A stretch of DNA of 62,521 bases, filler included, from Rhabdomonas costata (GCA_019059605.1; 27 parts of 27 records of this genome joined end to end with filler, not necessarily neighbours in it); one strand, 5' to 3'; positions 24,643-38,182 are shown, counted from the first letter of the whole stretch. Notes: a model not told the origin generated them from the letters alone. Translations and numbers: made by a program.

Positions 24643-25749
24643 AGGTCTCCTATGCTGCTTGAAGCTTCCTTGGGTTCTGTCTTCGCTGATAGGGATAACC
24701 TTGACGCAACCCACTCTACTGATGTTGCAACAGAGGGGCCTTGATGGTTCTGTCTATGGCGTTCTTTGTTTTGGCCTATGGTTCCTACGCATGCGGGTAT
24801 TCTTGTATTGTAGGGTATCTCGTGTAGTGTAGTAAAGTGTAGGGTGGTAAGGTAGGTGGCTGACCTGTCGTCTCACCTCCTGTTCTGCCACACTCACTGC
24901 GACGCTGATGCGTCTGTCCTTCCATCTCACACAGCTGCTGCGTCGCAACGTCCACCAGCGCCACAAGCTTGTCTTCTGGGTTCGCCGGAACCGAAAATGC
25001 CCAAGCGGAAGAGCCGCCCTCCCCATCCACAGTGAGGCCCCCGCGGTGAGGTTGAAGCTCTCCAGGGAAACCACAGGCTGCCCTCAAAGGGTTATGATGT
25101 CAATGAATCGCTCGCATAGTTCGTGGTGAAGGATACGGCTATGCGTTACATCGTAGTGGTGACAGCAACGCTACGGTCATGCATTGCACTACTCTATACG
25201 TGTTGGGGTAGCACTCCACCTAGTAGTAGGTAAGACATGGGTGGCAAACATGATTACGGACAAGAAACATGAGAGTCAGGCGCGGGGGGGAAACCATCTC
25301 AACTTCTTTTTTGAAAGGTCACGGCACCGCGGCAGAATACAAGAGTCAGCACCGTGCAGGCTTTAGCAAAGCAGGCAAAGGTGTAAAGAAGAAAAAGAGA
25401 AGTTGAGATGGTTTACCCCCCACCNNNNNNNNNNNNNNNNNNNNNNNNNNNNNNNNNNNNNNNNNNNNTTAATTAATTAANNNNNNNNNNNNNNNNNNNN
25501 NNNNNNNNNNNNNNNNNNNNNNNNCAGCAGGAGCTGGGCTTTCCATCGTGTGCTTGTCTATTCTGATGCGCGCCACAGAATCAGCTTGTGCTTGACAAAT
25601 ACAAAACACAGCAGCAGACGACGGGAGTGGAGTGCTTGAATGAGAACTGAAGGCACATCACATGAAAGCAGCAAAGCACATGTGAAGAACTTGGCGTGCG
25701 TGACGTGCAGATCGTGAAACCAAGATCGGGGGGGTGGGAGTTAGCCGAC

Positions 25750-27740
25750 CACGCAGACGACAATCAGGCCCACGGTGACTGGAAATCCCGCGTTGACCTG
25801 AGCCATCCACTCGTTCTTGTCCGTACCCATTACCAGCACCCAGGTAACACCCTGCCCGTACACACACACGCCGTATGTGTGAGGGTGGGTGGGGAGGCTC
25901 CGTGTGCCTTCGAAGCTACGGATTCATGCATTTTGCACATAAATGCGGATAAAGCCATCCTGTTTTGCATTGTGCCACATCCGATGCACCACCGCGCATG
26001 ATATCAATAACACCGCGTGTATGCCGCATCGCCCATGACCGTGACATCTTTGCCACACAGACATCAGTCTCACGTGCATATGTGCGGGGACGAGACACGC
26101 TACATTCGGGAAATGAGGTGATCATGAACGCCGTCTAGCCACTGCTCCACAAAATGCTTGAAAAGACACCATCAAAAGGCAAAACAGGTGGCAAAATTGC
26201 CCAGGAATTGCACAGCGCATCTGACGTGAATGATCATAGTCAGAAGCAAAGCACACAAGCAGGCCCTCCCCCCCGTGCGGCCCAGCTTCCGGAGAACGAC
26301 CCCAACAGGTCCCGACGCACCTCCACTCGAACCCTGCGGACGTTGACGTAGTAGCTTCCTACGGATACGCTCTGGTCGGAGCCCGGTGCGTTGAACGCGG
26401 TCCACCCCGCCACGGGGTCCGGGGCCAGGGCCAGGGAAAGCCTTCGTATCAATGGGGTGGTGGCTTGTGTGGCGAGGACCCGGGTCGTCTCCCCAGTGCC
26501 AGTGTTGATGTCCTTCACCTCTTGAACGATATCCTGGTCAGGCACAGAGGAGGCCACAAGGTCCCCCGTCGTGGACTCCACGAGGAACAGCAGCGTCCCA
26601 GGAAAAATTGTGGTGGTGATCTGAAGGAATATACATATACCGTGTTCTGCACTTCGTCTTTTTTGTAACTGAAACCTTGACATTAAGAAGCCCAGCACAC
26701 TAAAGGTCAACCAAAGCACACCCTTTTCCCTACCTGACACCGCAACACGATCCTTCGGAGACAATTGTGGCATCTCACCACACCCGACTCACGAGCGGTT
26801 CGTTCAGTTGGAAAAATTTCCCCATGAAGGCTCACTTTTGGGCTAAATTTTTCGGCCCCATATCAGTAAACCTTTCTGTGATCTTATGTGAGCGAAGCTA
26901 ACACAAGCAATCATGAAAGAATGGGGAAAAGGTACTTGAAGTTGAGAAATTACTCAACAAACTGGGTCATTGACCTTTCTCAGAACGAACTATGTCAAAC
27001 AGTTAATGTCCACATGACTGCACCGCAAACAGAGTTTTCAACGAAACACATCGAACAACCCTTGTCCCGGCAACCCACACACCTCTCAGATTCAGGATGA
27101 GCTAGGCTAAGACACGTGCAATCGTTTAAGACCCACACTCCTCACACAGCGCACGTTGCGGAGGAAGTCGCCGAAGTGCTGCAGGGTGCACTCCCCCGCC
27201 ACCACGGCAGCGCGGGTGCCACGGCGCACGGCGACGGTGATGGGCAACGACAGCCGGGCCCCTCCAGGGACGTTGGAGAGAAAGACGGGCCCGGTGACCT
27301 CAAAAGGAAACGCTGCGAGGGCGGCGTTGAACCATACCTGTGACCGAAGGAGCAAGCATTCAGAGAGAAAAATTTAGAAACATTTAGAAGCCACGCACTC
27401 CGACCCTGAAACGTTTAGGAACATTCAGGCACAACTGTGCTTGCACAGCGTTCGCCACTCACCACCACCTTCGCCGCTTGCGTCAAGTGGCGAGGTTGAA
27501 CAAGACATCGGAAGTAGACGAAATAACTAGGTCCCAGGCCCAACCTTCACGGTGACATTGTAGGGCTTCGTGCTCACCACTGCGGTGGCGTTGTACCATG
27601 CCAGCCACCCCGCGTCCGTCCAGTTCGCCGCGGAGAACTGCGCGAAATGATAATCCGTGATGGCGCTGCTCAGCGACCACACCACCCCCTCTGGGGAGCC
27701 CTCCACGCGGTCCAGCCCGAAGTACTCGCCGTTGTCTAGG
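25750..27740 (-). CDS. Membrane receptor with an extracellular dCache-like domain and TM helix (exons 27740-27545, 27337-27155, 26620-26321, 25851-25750)
   Basis: Spliced sequence LDNGEYFGLDR...YNVTVK|VWFNAA...VVAGECTLQHFGDFLRN|...FLVESTTGDLVASS...|GVTWVLVMGTDKNEWMAQVN, then a hydrophobic stretch. It parallels dCache_1 motifs YDPRxRPWY, GxDxxL, GxLxASS and WxxV. All introns are phase-0 GT-AG. Confidence 0.7.
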
Positions 27741-27840
27741 NNNNNNNNNNNNNNNNNNNNNNNNNNNNNNNNNNNNNNNNNNNNTTAATTAATTAANNNN
27801 NNNNNNNNNNNNNNNNNNNNNNNNNNNNNNNNNNNNNNNN

Positions 27841-28149
27841 CACTGACACACCGTGGGAGGGCAGGCCAGCACCCTCAGACGTCACGCCGTAGTACAGCGA
27901 ACCTAGGCCAAACAAGAGCCGGCAGTTAAAACTGAACCTGACTCTTGCGAGAACGCGGGAAGCAAAAGGACCCTGGGCTTGCTTCGGCTTCGCCCTCATA
28001 ATTAACCCAGCTTGAATGATGCATTTCGTCGTGTGCAGCACTGTTTCACTGAAAAAGTCCCCCTTTGTTTCTATGTGCGTATTAAGCGCTTGCTCTTGCC
28101 AGGTTGCTTGGTTGTTGGTGATCACTGTTGACTGATTGGCGCACGCGTT

Positions 28150-28190
<41 letters not shown>

Positions 28191-28355
28191 AAACTTGAAA
28201 ACAATCGGAACGAGCATTGTCAATAACCCACTGACACACCGTGGGAGGGCAGGCCAGCACCCTCAGACGTCACGCCGTAGTACAGCGAACCTAGGCCAAA
28301 CAAGAGCCGGCAGTTAAAACTGAACCTGACTCTTGCGAGAACGCGGGAAGCAAAA
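27841..28355 (+). repeat. Identical 127-bp direct repeat (27841-27967 and 28229-28355) around a (TG)n tract
   Basis: Base-for-base identical; the first copy starts exactly at the contig edge. Confidence 0.9.
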
Positions 28356-31300
28356 TTTCGGGGTGGTAGGAAAAAGGATTGCCTACTTATAAAATGGAGA
28401 GAAAAAAGGCCTCTGGCCATTTTTTTGAAGCAAGCACCCAAGCAATGGGCCAGTCGTATCACGAGATCATTTGGCACAACGAGAATGTAGCGTGATGCAA
28501 AGTGCGCCAAACATGATTGAAGCAACTCCGATTTAATGCGTGTGAGTCCCGGTAAGGGAACAAGGACAAAAACAAAACCACCAATATGGTGTGAAAAGCA
28601 AAGAGTAGCGAGTTTGTGGACTCAGCAGAAAACAAAACGGAAGCAATGAGCCGAGTACCTTTTCCAATCGGCAAGCGACAACGAAGCACCCACCGCCATG
28701 TTGATAGCATTAGCAACCGAATCGTAAACGACCAGGAAAAAAGCGAAATAGCTCAGGAAGGAAACCGCATCGCAAAAGAAAATGCGCCCTTATCAGTGGA
28801 TCTTGTGATTACATTAGAAGAGACAACCTCAACATCGCAATGATTGAGGCGAAGGGAGAAAGACTCCACGAACACTGCCGCCGAAAGTGAATATGCCCAC
28901 TCCCTAAAGAAAAGGAGTCTCCGACATTTCATGGCCGCAGTTGCGCCTGAGCAGGTTGCTTTGATGCATAAGATGTCATGGAACGTTACAAAAACGCTGG
29001 CATGGCAAAGAAGGCAAAGCAAGAACTCCATTGATTTCCAAAAGGGACTATCCTGTCCTTTCCTATCCTGTGCCAAATGTTGTGGTTTGCTGGAAAAAGT
29101 TGTTCGATTGTTGTCGGCGCGCGCGCTTAAGTGAGACAGTAGAACAACAACCACAGTAAAAAGGTGAAGTTCGATTGAACTCACAGGGGGAGAGGGGGCA
29201 AAAGTCACGGCATATGCTGTGGTGTACAAAGGACACCTCAGCAGGTACGAAACAAAGAAACCCAGACCGGGGGCAGCCTGGTCCTTGTTCCGCTTCTATG
29301 CTTTGGGCAGCCTGCAAAGTGCTAAACATCCCACCAGTGTGCCAGTCCAGGAATGACCGCCTGGTTACGGAGGCCCGCAAACGTTCCCCTCGGAGGAGCG
29401 CGTGCGGTAGAGCAGCATGTACGCCAGGTGATCATCCGCAGCTAGAGGCCGTGCAAACAGACATCCAAGAACGCAATAACCGGCCCCACAGTTTCATTTG
29501 CGGGAAAGCCTGTACTCAGTTTTGCAGATGTCAAATATGAAAAGAAGTACACTCTGGGGGTCACGCCAATGGCGAAAGGATCAAGGGCCCACGGCCGTTC
29601 TCAAACAAACCAGACCACACACACATTTTTTCGGACAAATATCGGCGTGACCAGCGCCCTCATACCACCTGGCCCTCTGTATTCTAACAGAAGAAAAGCC
29701 GCGGAGTACGCGAGAAGGGGGACTTGAGTTCGAGACTGGGGTTTGAGGGAGATAAGGTTGAGGAGAATTATGTCTGCTTCGATTCCCAGAGCTTCCTCTT
29801 TCCCACCCCAGCAACCGTGACATTTATAGTATATTTATTTGGGGCTTCTTGTTGAGGGAATTGAACAGCGGTGAAGGGAGATGTTCCAAGTCAGTCAGGT
29901 ATGTGTGTTGCCCTACAACAGCTAGTTCGAGGCCCGCTTTGAAAACTCTCAGGCAAGAGTAATGGAGTGTTCAAAGTCCGGCTCACACAACAGCAGCACA
30001 GATATAGCAGACTACATCGTAAACTGAGAGTTTTTACCCATGGCACATCACAGGATACAAGCGACCACCGGACCACCGACATAAATATATGNNNNNNNNN
30101 NNNNNNNNNNNNNNNNNNNNNNNNNNNNNNNNNNNTTAATTAATTAANNNNNNNNNNNNNNNNNNNNNNNNNNNNNNNNNNNNNNNNNNNNGGGGTTGGG
30201 GACAGTTGTGTGAATTAGTGCGGTATGCTAGGTAACTTAGGCAAATATACACAACTGTCCCCAAGTCAAAGAAGGTAACAAGAGGGCATTACGATATAGC
30301 GAATGAAAAGACTTTGTTGGCTTTAGGGTGGCCTGTGTTGTTGTGACCTCTTTCACTTGTTTCTGTCTGGTTTTTACGGTACCATCGTGTGTAATTCTGA
30401 ACCATGCGCTCTTCCATGAGTCGAAAGATTGATCCACTTAGCTGTACCTCTGGAGTGAGCTAGCATTTTGATTTAGCTCCCAGTGCCCTTCATGTCACAC
30501 CCACCTCAGCCCTGTCCTAACTTTTGAAGTCATTGTTGAGATGCTGCACTCAAGGTGACGTCGTCGGTTAGCCTTTTGAGATTTTGGGAGGTCCTTTCCT
30601 GTGAGGATGGCTTGGCTCAGAAGTTCGGAATTTGTGGGGCTGCTGATCCTGGCCCTTTTCCTGGAGGTGGAATTCGTCCCAGTCACTCTCTTTAGAGGGG
30701 CCTTTGCGGTTGCATTTTTTGAAGGAGCGCCGTGAGGTAGTTGTAGTTGCTACGGGCTCATCACGGGAAGGTAGGGGTAAGCGTGTGTTTGGAGGCAGTT
30801 GTTTTCATCTTTTGATCTCTTGGTAATGGCATGCTGGACTGTTAACAGAATTGCGAGTGCATGGCTGTTTTTCTTCGTCGCCCTTCTCCCCGAAACCGGT
30901 GGTATTGGGGGCAGCAAATGTAAATGGTCACACAACATTCGACTCCTTCGGTGCAATCGAAAGGAATTTACCTTGTAGTTTGCGGTCGTCTCTGCCTCCA
31001 AGGGCATTGTGATTCTCATTTCTGGCTGCGCATATGCGATGTGAAACTTGCGTTTGGTGGATTCTCTTTGCTCTTTGTATGCGACTGGTTGTCCATCTAG
31101 ATCGCCAATGGGCAGAGCAGGCGGATGCCAGCGGGGGTAAGTCCATTTGATACTGTGGGGCGGTTCGACGTCGCCCCACTTTCTGTCAAGCAGCTCAAAA
31201 CGTCTGTGAAGCAGCTGCTCACCATTCCCCCTCCCCGCCCCATGTAGCCAACTCACCATCGCGGGGACAGATATTATACTTCCTTCTGCGTTGAGCATAT

Positions 31301-32860
31301 CATGTGCCTCCAGGACACGTCTCTTTACCAGCGTTTGGTGCTTGCATTCTCGTCACCGCAACAAACCCATGCGCTCAAATTAGTGTCCTGCACTTGCACG
31401 TCTTCAGGAGCTCTCGCGCGTGCATAGTCGTAGAATCAGCTGGGGAATGATGCCGAACTTCCAGAAATGACCGAAGCCAAACTCAGGAGAAAAGTTCATG
31501 CCCTTGGCCACACCGCACACGCACACGCGACTTCACAAAGACGTTACTTCGCCACCCTTCTCAGGCACGTACTGAACATTGGCAGGCCCTTCCCGGTGGT
31601 GGTGCTGGTGACGGTCGAGGACCGCAGCTGCGAGATCTGCTAGTATGCCGCCGCCGCCGCCACGACCACCACTGCCGCTGCCTCCACCCCTCCACAATCT
31701 GGTGTCCACTGAAGGAAAGAAAGACATCAGCGTCTGTCCCTAGTTGTGTTGTTATGTCTCACCAACTGAGTTTGGGTGTGCATGTGTGTGTTAGTGTAAA
31801 TCAAAGCCGCTATTGTGTGGGCGAGCACCGTTCTCAGAAGAACCTTCGGGCAACTGGCAAATCCAATCACCGATTATAAAAGCAAACGATTCTCCCGTTG
31901 GCATACACCACCAGGGCCTGACACCTTAACGCACACAAACAGATGCAGGTTTCTTTGCAGAGCTTGTCCTGATCTGTCTTATTTACCTGTTGCTGTCAGC
32001 CACGCCGACCGCGCGCTGCTTCAGTTGTCACGGCACTACCATCGTGGCGGCGCAACGGGTGGAAGTGGGCCGGAAGCCTCCGTGAGGCTCTCCCGCCTAA
32101 TTGTCTCCAAGCCCTCCGCTGCGGAGTTTATGCACGTCAGGGTGCACTTCCCTCTCCTACGCAACTCCTCTTTCCTGGTGCATTTTCCACGAATATCGGT
32201 TTTGGAGGTTTTGAAAGGATCAGAAAACGCTCCCGTTTAAGTGGTAAAAAGTGGTAAAAGTTAAAAGATAAACTCGCACCCGAGCACTTGGACACAAATT
32301 TGCACCCTTAGTCATATCTCAAAAGCTGAATCCTTTGCCCAAGGCCAAATCCGCACCTGGCGTGCAGGCTGTCTTTCCCTGTCCCTAGTTTGACTGATCT
32401 ACACTCTTNNNNNNNNNNNNNNNNNNNNNNNNNNNNNNNNNNNNNNNNNNNNTTAATTAATTAANNNNNNNNNNNNNNNNNNNNNNNNNNNNNNNNNNNN
32501 NNNNNNNNCTGGAGACTTGCCAAGCGAGCAAGGAGAGACCACGGTTCAGGAAAGAATTTCTGAGGGGGAGGATTGTATCTTGGTGTCCAACGCGGCCTTA
32601 GGAAGTGAGTGCAAGAAAGATTCGGAACTCTTTGCCATCTTTGCAAAGGAGAGGATCCTTTTTAAACTGAGTTATGTCTTATGCTGAAAAGTAAAGAAGA
32701 TAAAGATAAAGTAAAGCTGGGGTTTCCTCAGTATCTGCACACAGAATGTATATGTCAGGCAGTTCATGTTTCGTTTCTCGTGCTCATGTCTAAATTTTAA
32801 TGTCCACATCCCATCACATGGTTGATTGCTGGTGTTATGTTATTGAATCCCCATGGGTAG

Positions 32861-33283
32861 GTGGGTGAGGTCGGCGAGCTCTCCGAGCTCTTCCAGTGGC
32901 GAGGTGAGGTCCAGCCTGGGCTGCCGGAGTTTTCTCCGGAGCAGAGAGTTCGAGTCGGAGAGGAGCTCTCAGATGTCCTATTGAACTTAGTACTCCTGAC
33001 AGACCGCTGTGGAGTGGACTTTAGCCAAGCCGTGCGGGACAAGCTGGCGAAGAACGCGGCGAAATACCCTGCGCCTGTGGTCCGTGGTTCCTCCCGGAAG
33101 TACACTGAATACACCATGGCTGAGCTGGACAGGGCCAATGCAGCCGTCCCCCAGTCCGGGTTTGTTCCCGCCTTTCTTAATCGCTCTTGCGGCGTGACTC
33201 CAAGAAACTCAAGGGGAGAGCTTACAACCCCATTTAGGTTGCTATTGTCGCTGGTGGAGCTACCAGTAAATCAGGTTATATGA
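32861..33283 (+). CDS. DCTPP1: dCTP pyrophosphatase 1 (MazG-like), upstream tandem copy, 3' exon
   Basis: VGEVGELSELFQWRGE...VGEELSDVL...KLAKNAAKYP...GSSRKYTEY. Confidence 0.85.
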   Translation: MGEVGELSELFQWRGEVQPGLPEFSPEQRVRVGEELSDVLLNLVLLTDRCGVDFSQAVRDKLAKNAAKYPAPVVRGSSRKYTEYTMAELDRANAAVPQSGFVPAFLNRSCGVTPRNSRGELTTPFRLLLSLVELPVNQVI

Positions 33284-33608
33284 ATTGCTTGGAATGCTCC
33301 CTACCTTGCTAAATGCTACCCAGCTTAATCTTGTGCAGGCCGCAAATACACAAGGATGTGATTTTGAGCCTTTTGTCTGGGTGGCCTCCCGTGCATTTCG
33401 TTACTCTCGAATTCAGGTGATCCGCGTTTGAATCTCTTTCTCGTTATTTTTGTTTGGCCTCTCCGAATAGCAATTTGTTTGCGTTGCTGTATTTATTTTG
33501 GTCTAGGTTCGCTAAAAAAAATTTTGTTCCATGTTTTTGCTGGCTACCACTCCATCTCCATGACATGCTGACCCACCTCTAAACTGTTCTTTGTGTGTGA
33601 TTTCCAGG

Positions 33609-34716
33609 ATGACTGTGAGTAACTCTATCCCTTTGGAGCTGCCGCAGTCCAGCATGCAGGGAACGCGCTCACTCGCCCTCGAGGAAGTTCGTGTTCTGAT
33701 GGTATGGTGCTACACCCCCTACTCCTTTTCGTCAGCAGTTCAGCAGCTTAGAATTCTGCTGAGCTTCTTTCCTGAGGTTTAGGTCTCCACACAGGTCCGT
33801 TTTCGAACTGTTGGCTTTTTTTTGAATGACTCCTTCAAAGGTGCGGGCCTGCGCGCGTGCATGCGCGCGCACGCACACACACACACACGACTCTAGCCCC
33901 AGTTTTTTAGGCGTCTTCTGGGTGTCGGGTGAGTGATAGTGAGTGATTGAATGTGTGCACATGCGCGTGGGACCCGTGTGGGCAGAAGGTGGACCTTGGC
34001 CTGTTTCGTGGTGAGCATGCACCCCGCGGCTCCCAACAATGCCCTAGGGTCCATCGTGCAAGCACCCAGTCAGAGACAGTGGGCGTGTAATGAGGGAATT
34101 TTCTGTTTTTATCTTATCAATGGCGCCTGGTTTCATCTATTCAGTTTTCTTCTCTCTGTCCCAAGCCAAAACTTGCACACACACACACACACAAGCTTTT
34201 TTAAAGGAATTTTGGATGTGCGGCTGTGTGTTTTCAGCACACCTTTGCGGAGGACCGAGACTGGCACAAGTACCACACCCCACGGAACCTTTTGCTGGCA
34301 CTGGTACACGTGTGTTTGTACTGTGTGTACTCCGGTTGAACGCGCTTTGATATTTGTATATTTTTTTTTGCTTTGATTATTGGGTTTCATTTTATTCGCG
34401 ATTAAATCAGTCGAGGTTGCAAAACTTCCTTCTGAAACCCTGGATTGTGTATGGTACCGAGTCAATCAAATTCGGAAATAGTGTTCACGGGTTGACGTCG
34501 TCTGATGACATCGTCTGCACCGTCCATGTATTCGTGCGACATAGCAGTTTCACTTTGCGCACTCACAGAAATCAGACTTTGCATTAATTTCCCACGGGTC
34601 CCACGGGTAGGTGGGTGAGATTGGCGAGCTCTCCGAGCTATTCCAGTGGCGAGGTGAGGTCCAGCCTGGGCTGCCGGAGTTTTCTCCGGAGCAGAGGGCT
34701 CGAGTCGGAGAGGAGC
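33609..34716 (+). CDS. DCTPP1: dCTP pyrophosphatase 1, downstream tandem copy (exons 33609-33701, 34238-34303, 34611-contig end)
   Basis: MTVS...LEEVRVLM|HTFAEDRDWHKYHTPRNLLLAL|VGEIGELSELFQW; phase-0 GT-AG introns. Confidence 0.9.
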
Positions 34717-34825
34717 ACAACCACCNNNNNNNNNNNNNNNNNNNNNNNNNNNNNNNNNNNNNNNNNNNNTTAATTAATTAANNNNNNNNNNNNNNNNNNN
34801 NNNNNNNNNNNNNNNNNNNNNNNNN

Positions 34826-37042
34826 TGTTGTGTGGCATGGTGTTCCAAAAGGACGACGGTGTCGACCCATGGGAAGATGTGGTGGTGCGAGAGGCAAGTG
34901 CTGAAATCAAGATCCAAGTTCTCAATGATGCTTTTGGTCGTGAAAGTGACTGCGTGGAAGTTCAGGAAAATGCCATCAGAGTGGGAACTGGCCGGTGTGT
35001 TGGAGGAAAATTCGATGTGATGGAAGATAACGTTCCGAAAGACGTCAATGCAGGTGAAGATCTGGCGTCGCTAGGCCATGAGTCTACCATCGAGCATGGT
35101 GCTGGGAAGGGGACCGAGCAGCGGTCACCTTTAGATTCTTCAAGCGATCTTGGTGGTCATGCAGCTCAGCGTGCAGGCTCGGAAACCTCAACGGAGTGGG
35201 CTATTCCCAAAGCCTTGAAAGCTCATGAGAAGAGAAGTCAGCATGACAAGTCGGCGGCTTTGGACTCCGGGATTCCAGACGTTGCACCTGAGGGCTCACC
35301 ACAGGCAGGCTACAGTGGCGAAAGAGACCCTGAGGTCCACAAGGGTGGCTTGCCCGGTGGCAAAGAAGGAGAAGATCCCAAAGCTCACCTGAAGCTGGTG
35401 ATGGAGTCCGCCCGGGCGGAACGGAAGGCTAAGTTGGAGGAGGAGGCCAAGAAATGGGCCCGCCGAGTCTGGGTCTCAGGTCTGGGACTGTGCGACTGCA
35501 AGTTCATATTCCTGTGAGCGTGGGCGGCCAGTCTGTTTCGTCTCAAGCGCCCTTATTCAAGTCTACCGAAATGCATGCATATCGGCATTGTGAAGGAAGT
35601 TGGTTTCGTTCTTGGTGCGGGTGAATGGATTTCGGCATTGCGAGCGATGTCGTGCCCCCTTTGTTGACCGGTTAGAGTGTTCTTCCCCAACCATTGCAGG
35701 AGTCTCATTCGAGCTCAGCGAGCATGCCTACTTCCTGCTCTTTGAGCAACTATGCGGGCCAATCGAGGAGCTGAACATGGAGTGCGCGGCACGCCCTGGG
35801 GGTGTGGGGTGGATCGAGTTCAGCCGGGTGGACGACGCCAGCGCCGCCCTGGGCCTCCACGGCCAGGTGGTCCCTGAGCTGGGCCCACAGCCCATCGAGG
35901 TCTTCGACCTGTCCGAGAAACAGAGGTCCTGCGCCGTCTCTGTCGTGTGTGCTCTGGTTTGTGCATTGGGGTTGTTTTTCTTCTGCTTGGCCTCTTTGCT
36001 GTCTATTTGTGTGGGCTTTTCCTCGGATTGCCCTTTCTCCAAGACAGTCATTGAATACCCTGACCGACAGAGTAGGAGCGTTAAGTTCGTACGATTTTAT
36101 GGCTTTTAACTGAAACCAACAGAAGTCCTTTGTTGTACATGTAGGGTGATTTCGTTTCGTATGGTTCCTGACTCGATGATTCGTGACTTGGATTCTTGTA
36201 TTTGGACGTCAGGCGGGATGAAGCTGCACGAATTGAGAAGCGGGAGCGAGCCCGGCAAGCTGCTGTTGCCAAGCGGAGGCTTCTTCGTGCACAGCCGCAG
36301 CCGTCGACGCTGCCTTCTCCTTCCGCCACGCTGGGCGCACCGTCGCCTGAGAACGTGGCTGTTCCCGTAGACACTGCCCCTTCTTCATCTGGCAAAGAAG
36401 AGCAGAACACAGACGACATCACAGTTGCAGCGCGAGCACCTTCATCACGGGAAGTTCCTCCTGAAGCAACCGTGGAAAGACCTGAGCCTGAGGAGCATGA
36501 CATGGGTGTTTCCGAAGGTCGACCACAGCTGTCGTCGTCGCCTGTAGCGGGTGATCGTCACAAGCCTCGGACTTCAGTTGACCCTCCGGCGAGGTCGTCG
36601 GTGGCGGCTTCGCCCCGACACCAAGGCTCTCAGAAAGACAAGGAAAATGAGAAGCATAGGAACAAGCACAGACACAAAGTCAAGGTGGGTCTCAAAGAGA
36701 AGCGCACGGAAAAGAAGCAGAAGAAGAGGTCAAAGTCAAAGTCAAAGTCAAAGGGACAAAGAATTCGTCGCCGCCACTATCGCTCCAAAGCTTCCCGGTC
36801 GCAAACCGAGCCCAGCTCTCGTTCTCGCTCCCCAGTGCATCGCCGCCGCCATCACCGACACCACCGCAAACAGGAGGGCTCCCCTCAGGGGAAAGCAGCG
36901 CTATCCCCCACACCAAAAGCAAGGGTCCTGCAGCCCTCTTCAACCGCTGAAAAGCCCACATCCCAGAATGCCAATGTCAGACCCTCAGCAAAGGAATTGC
37001 AGAAAAGGTCCGCCAAAGACGAAGATACCCCAACACACCACA
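34826..37042 (+). CDS. RRM-domain protein with a Lys/Arg/Ser-rich tail (exons 34826-35479, 35700-35925, 36213-37042), partial
   Basis: RRVWVSG|VSFE is RNP2-like and GVGWIEF is RNP1-like, followed by DASAALGLHG and an RS/K-rich C-terminal region. Introns are in-phase GT-AG. Confidence 0.75.
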
Positions 37043-37346
37043 NNNNNNNNNNNNNNNNNNNNNNNNNNNNNNNNNNNNNNNNNNNNTTAATTAATTAANN
37101 NNNNNNNNNNNNNNNNNNNNNNNNNNNNNNNNNNNNNNNNNNTGTTTTTGGGCTAAAAGTGCGCCACAGGAAAGCACAGTGGAACGTTTCCAGTGGCGCA
37201 CTTTTAGCCCTAAAATATCTCATGCCTTCCTTTTTCCACAGAACATTCACTGTGCTGCCAATAGTGATTGCGCTTTTTTCTTCTGCAGGGGGTTGCTCAC
37301 TACAACTTTCCGCAGCTGTTCACAATTTCGTCGACAACTGGATTTG

Positions 37347-37446
37347 ATCCTCGGGCTTGCAGGAAGATAGGCTTTAATGGGTCTTGCAGCAAAGATATCC
37401 TCGGGCTTGCAGGAAGATAGGCTGTCAGGGGTCTTGCAGCAAAGAT
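37347..37446 (+). repeat. Two tandem 50-bp units
   Basis: ATCCTCGGGCTTGCAGGAAGATAGGCT...GGGTCTTGCAGCAAAGAT occurs twice with few mismatches. Confidence 0.9.
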
Positions 37447-38182
37447 ATCACTTTGGGTACTTTGGGTATGCGCGATGTGGAGCATAATTAAACGTCTCTA
37501 ACCTAACTACGGGGTATTGCACTTTTTTGGGGAAAGGGGGTCACGCTTTTAACACCATGAAAACGGTCGAAAAACTTTGGTCGAAAACTATTAAATTTAA
37601 AAAGACTGTGACTTTCAAATCGGAGGCTGTACTTTAGGGCTCCACTAAACGGTCCAATACTATCAAACTGATGTAGGAGGCAGTGGCACGGTAAACTTAA
37701 CCCAAATTCAAAAACAACATCATCTACTGAGTGAAGGCTAGCTTCACTTAGCCCCGTGCTGGGGTAACGGCTTCACAAAACACGAAACCCTGTTGCGTAC
37801 TCCGGTGTTAAATGTGTGACGCCAACTGTCCCGCCAACAATCGCCCGAAAAAGCTGCTGGGACAATTCCTCTACAAAGAAGCTTTCTGACCCAGTCCGGT
37901 GCCAGCATGCGGTACTCATTGGCTCTTCCCTTAAGTAGCTCTTAGAAACCCCTCAAGTTGCTCTGGGGGGTCCGGCTGGCCCTAACTTTCTAACTCTGAA
38001 ACTTAATAAGGGCAACATTAAACCTTCCTTAGTTACGGACGTTCGCCAGAGAAAACGGCACACCGCCACACCGCTATAACACCGCAAAATAGGGGCAAAG
38101 CAGCGCTTCTATGTGGGAAGGATGTCCTTATGAAACGAAGGGGGGGTGTTCCCACTTGAACCTCCAACCTTCCTCCACCCTT

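Noticed and set aside
24754..25110. Minus-strand ORFs possibly encoding a retroelement endonuclease remnant
   Set aside because: Only a vague resemblance, with a stop and no intact PD-(D/E)xK or CCHC motif, so it cannot be supported.
27336..27488. Apparent euglenid non-conventional intron in the dCache gene (C|ACTTGAC...GTCACAGGT|A with end pairing)
   Set aside because: A single canonical intron AAG|GTTGGG...CACAG|GTA (27544-27338) gives YNVTVK-VWF, which fits the YDPRxRPWY motif more simply. The pairing pattern can arise by chance.
27841..28355. 127-bp identical direct repeats as LTRs of a miniature retroelement
   Set aside because: There are no TG..CA ends, PBS or PPT. The first copy starts at the contig edge and 127 equals a common assembler k-mer size, so an unresolved-repeat artefact is more likely.
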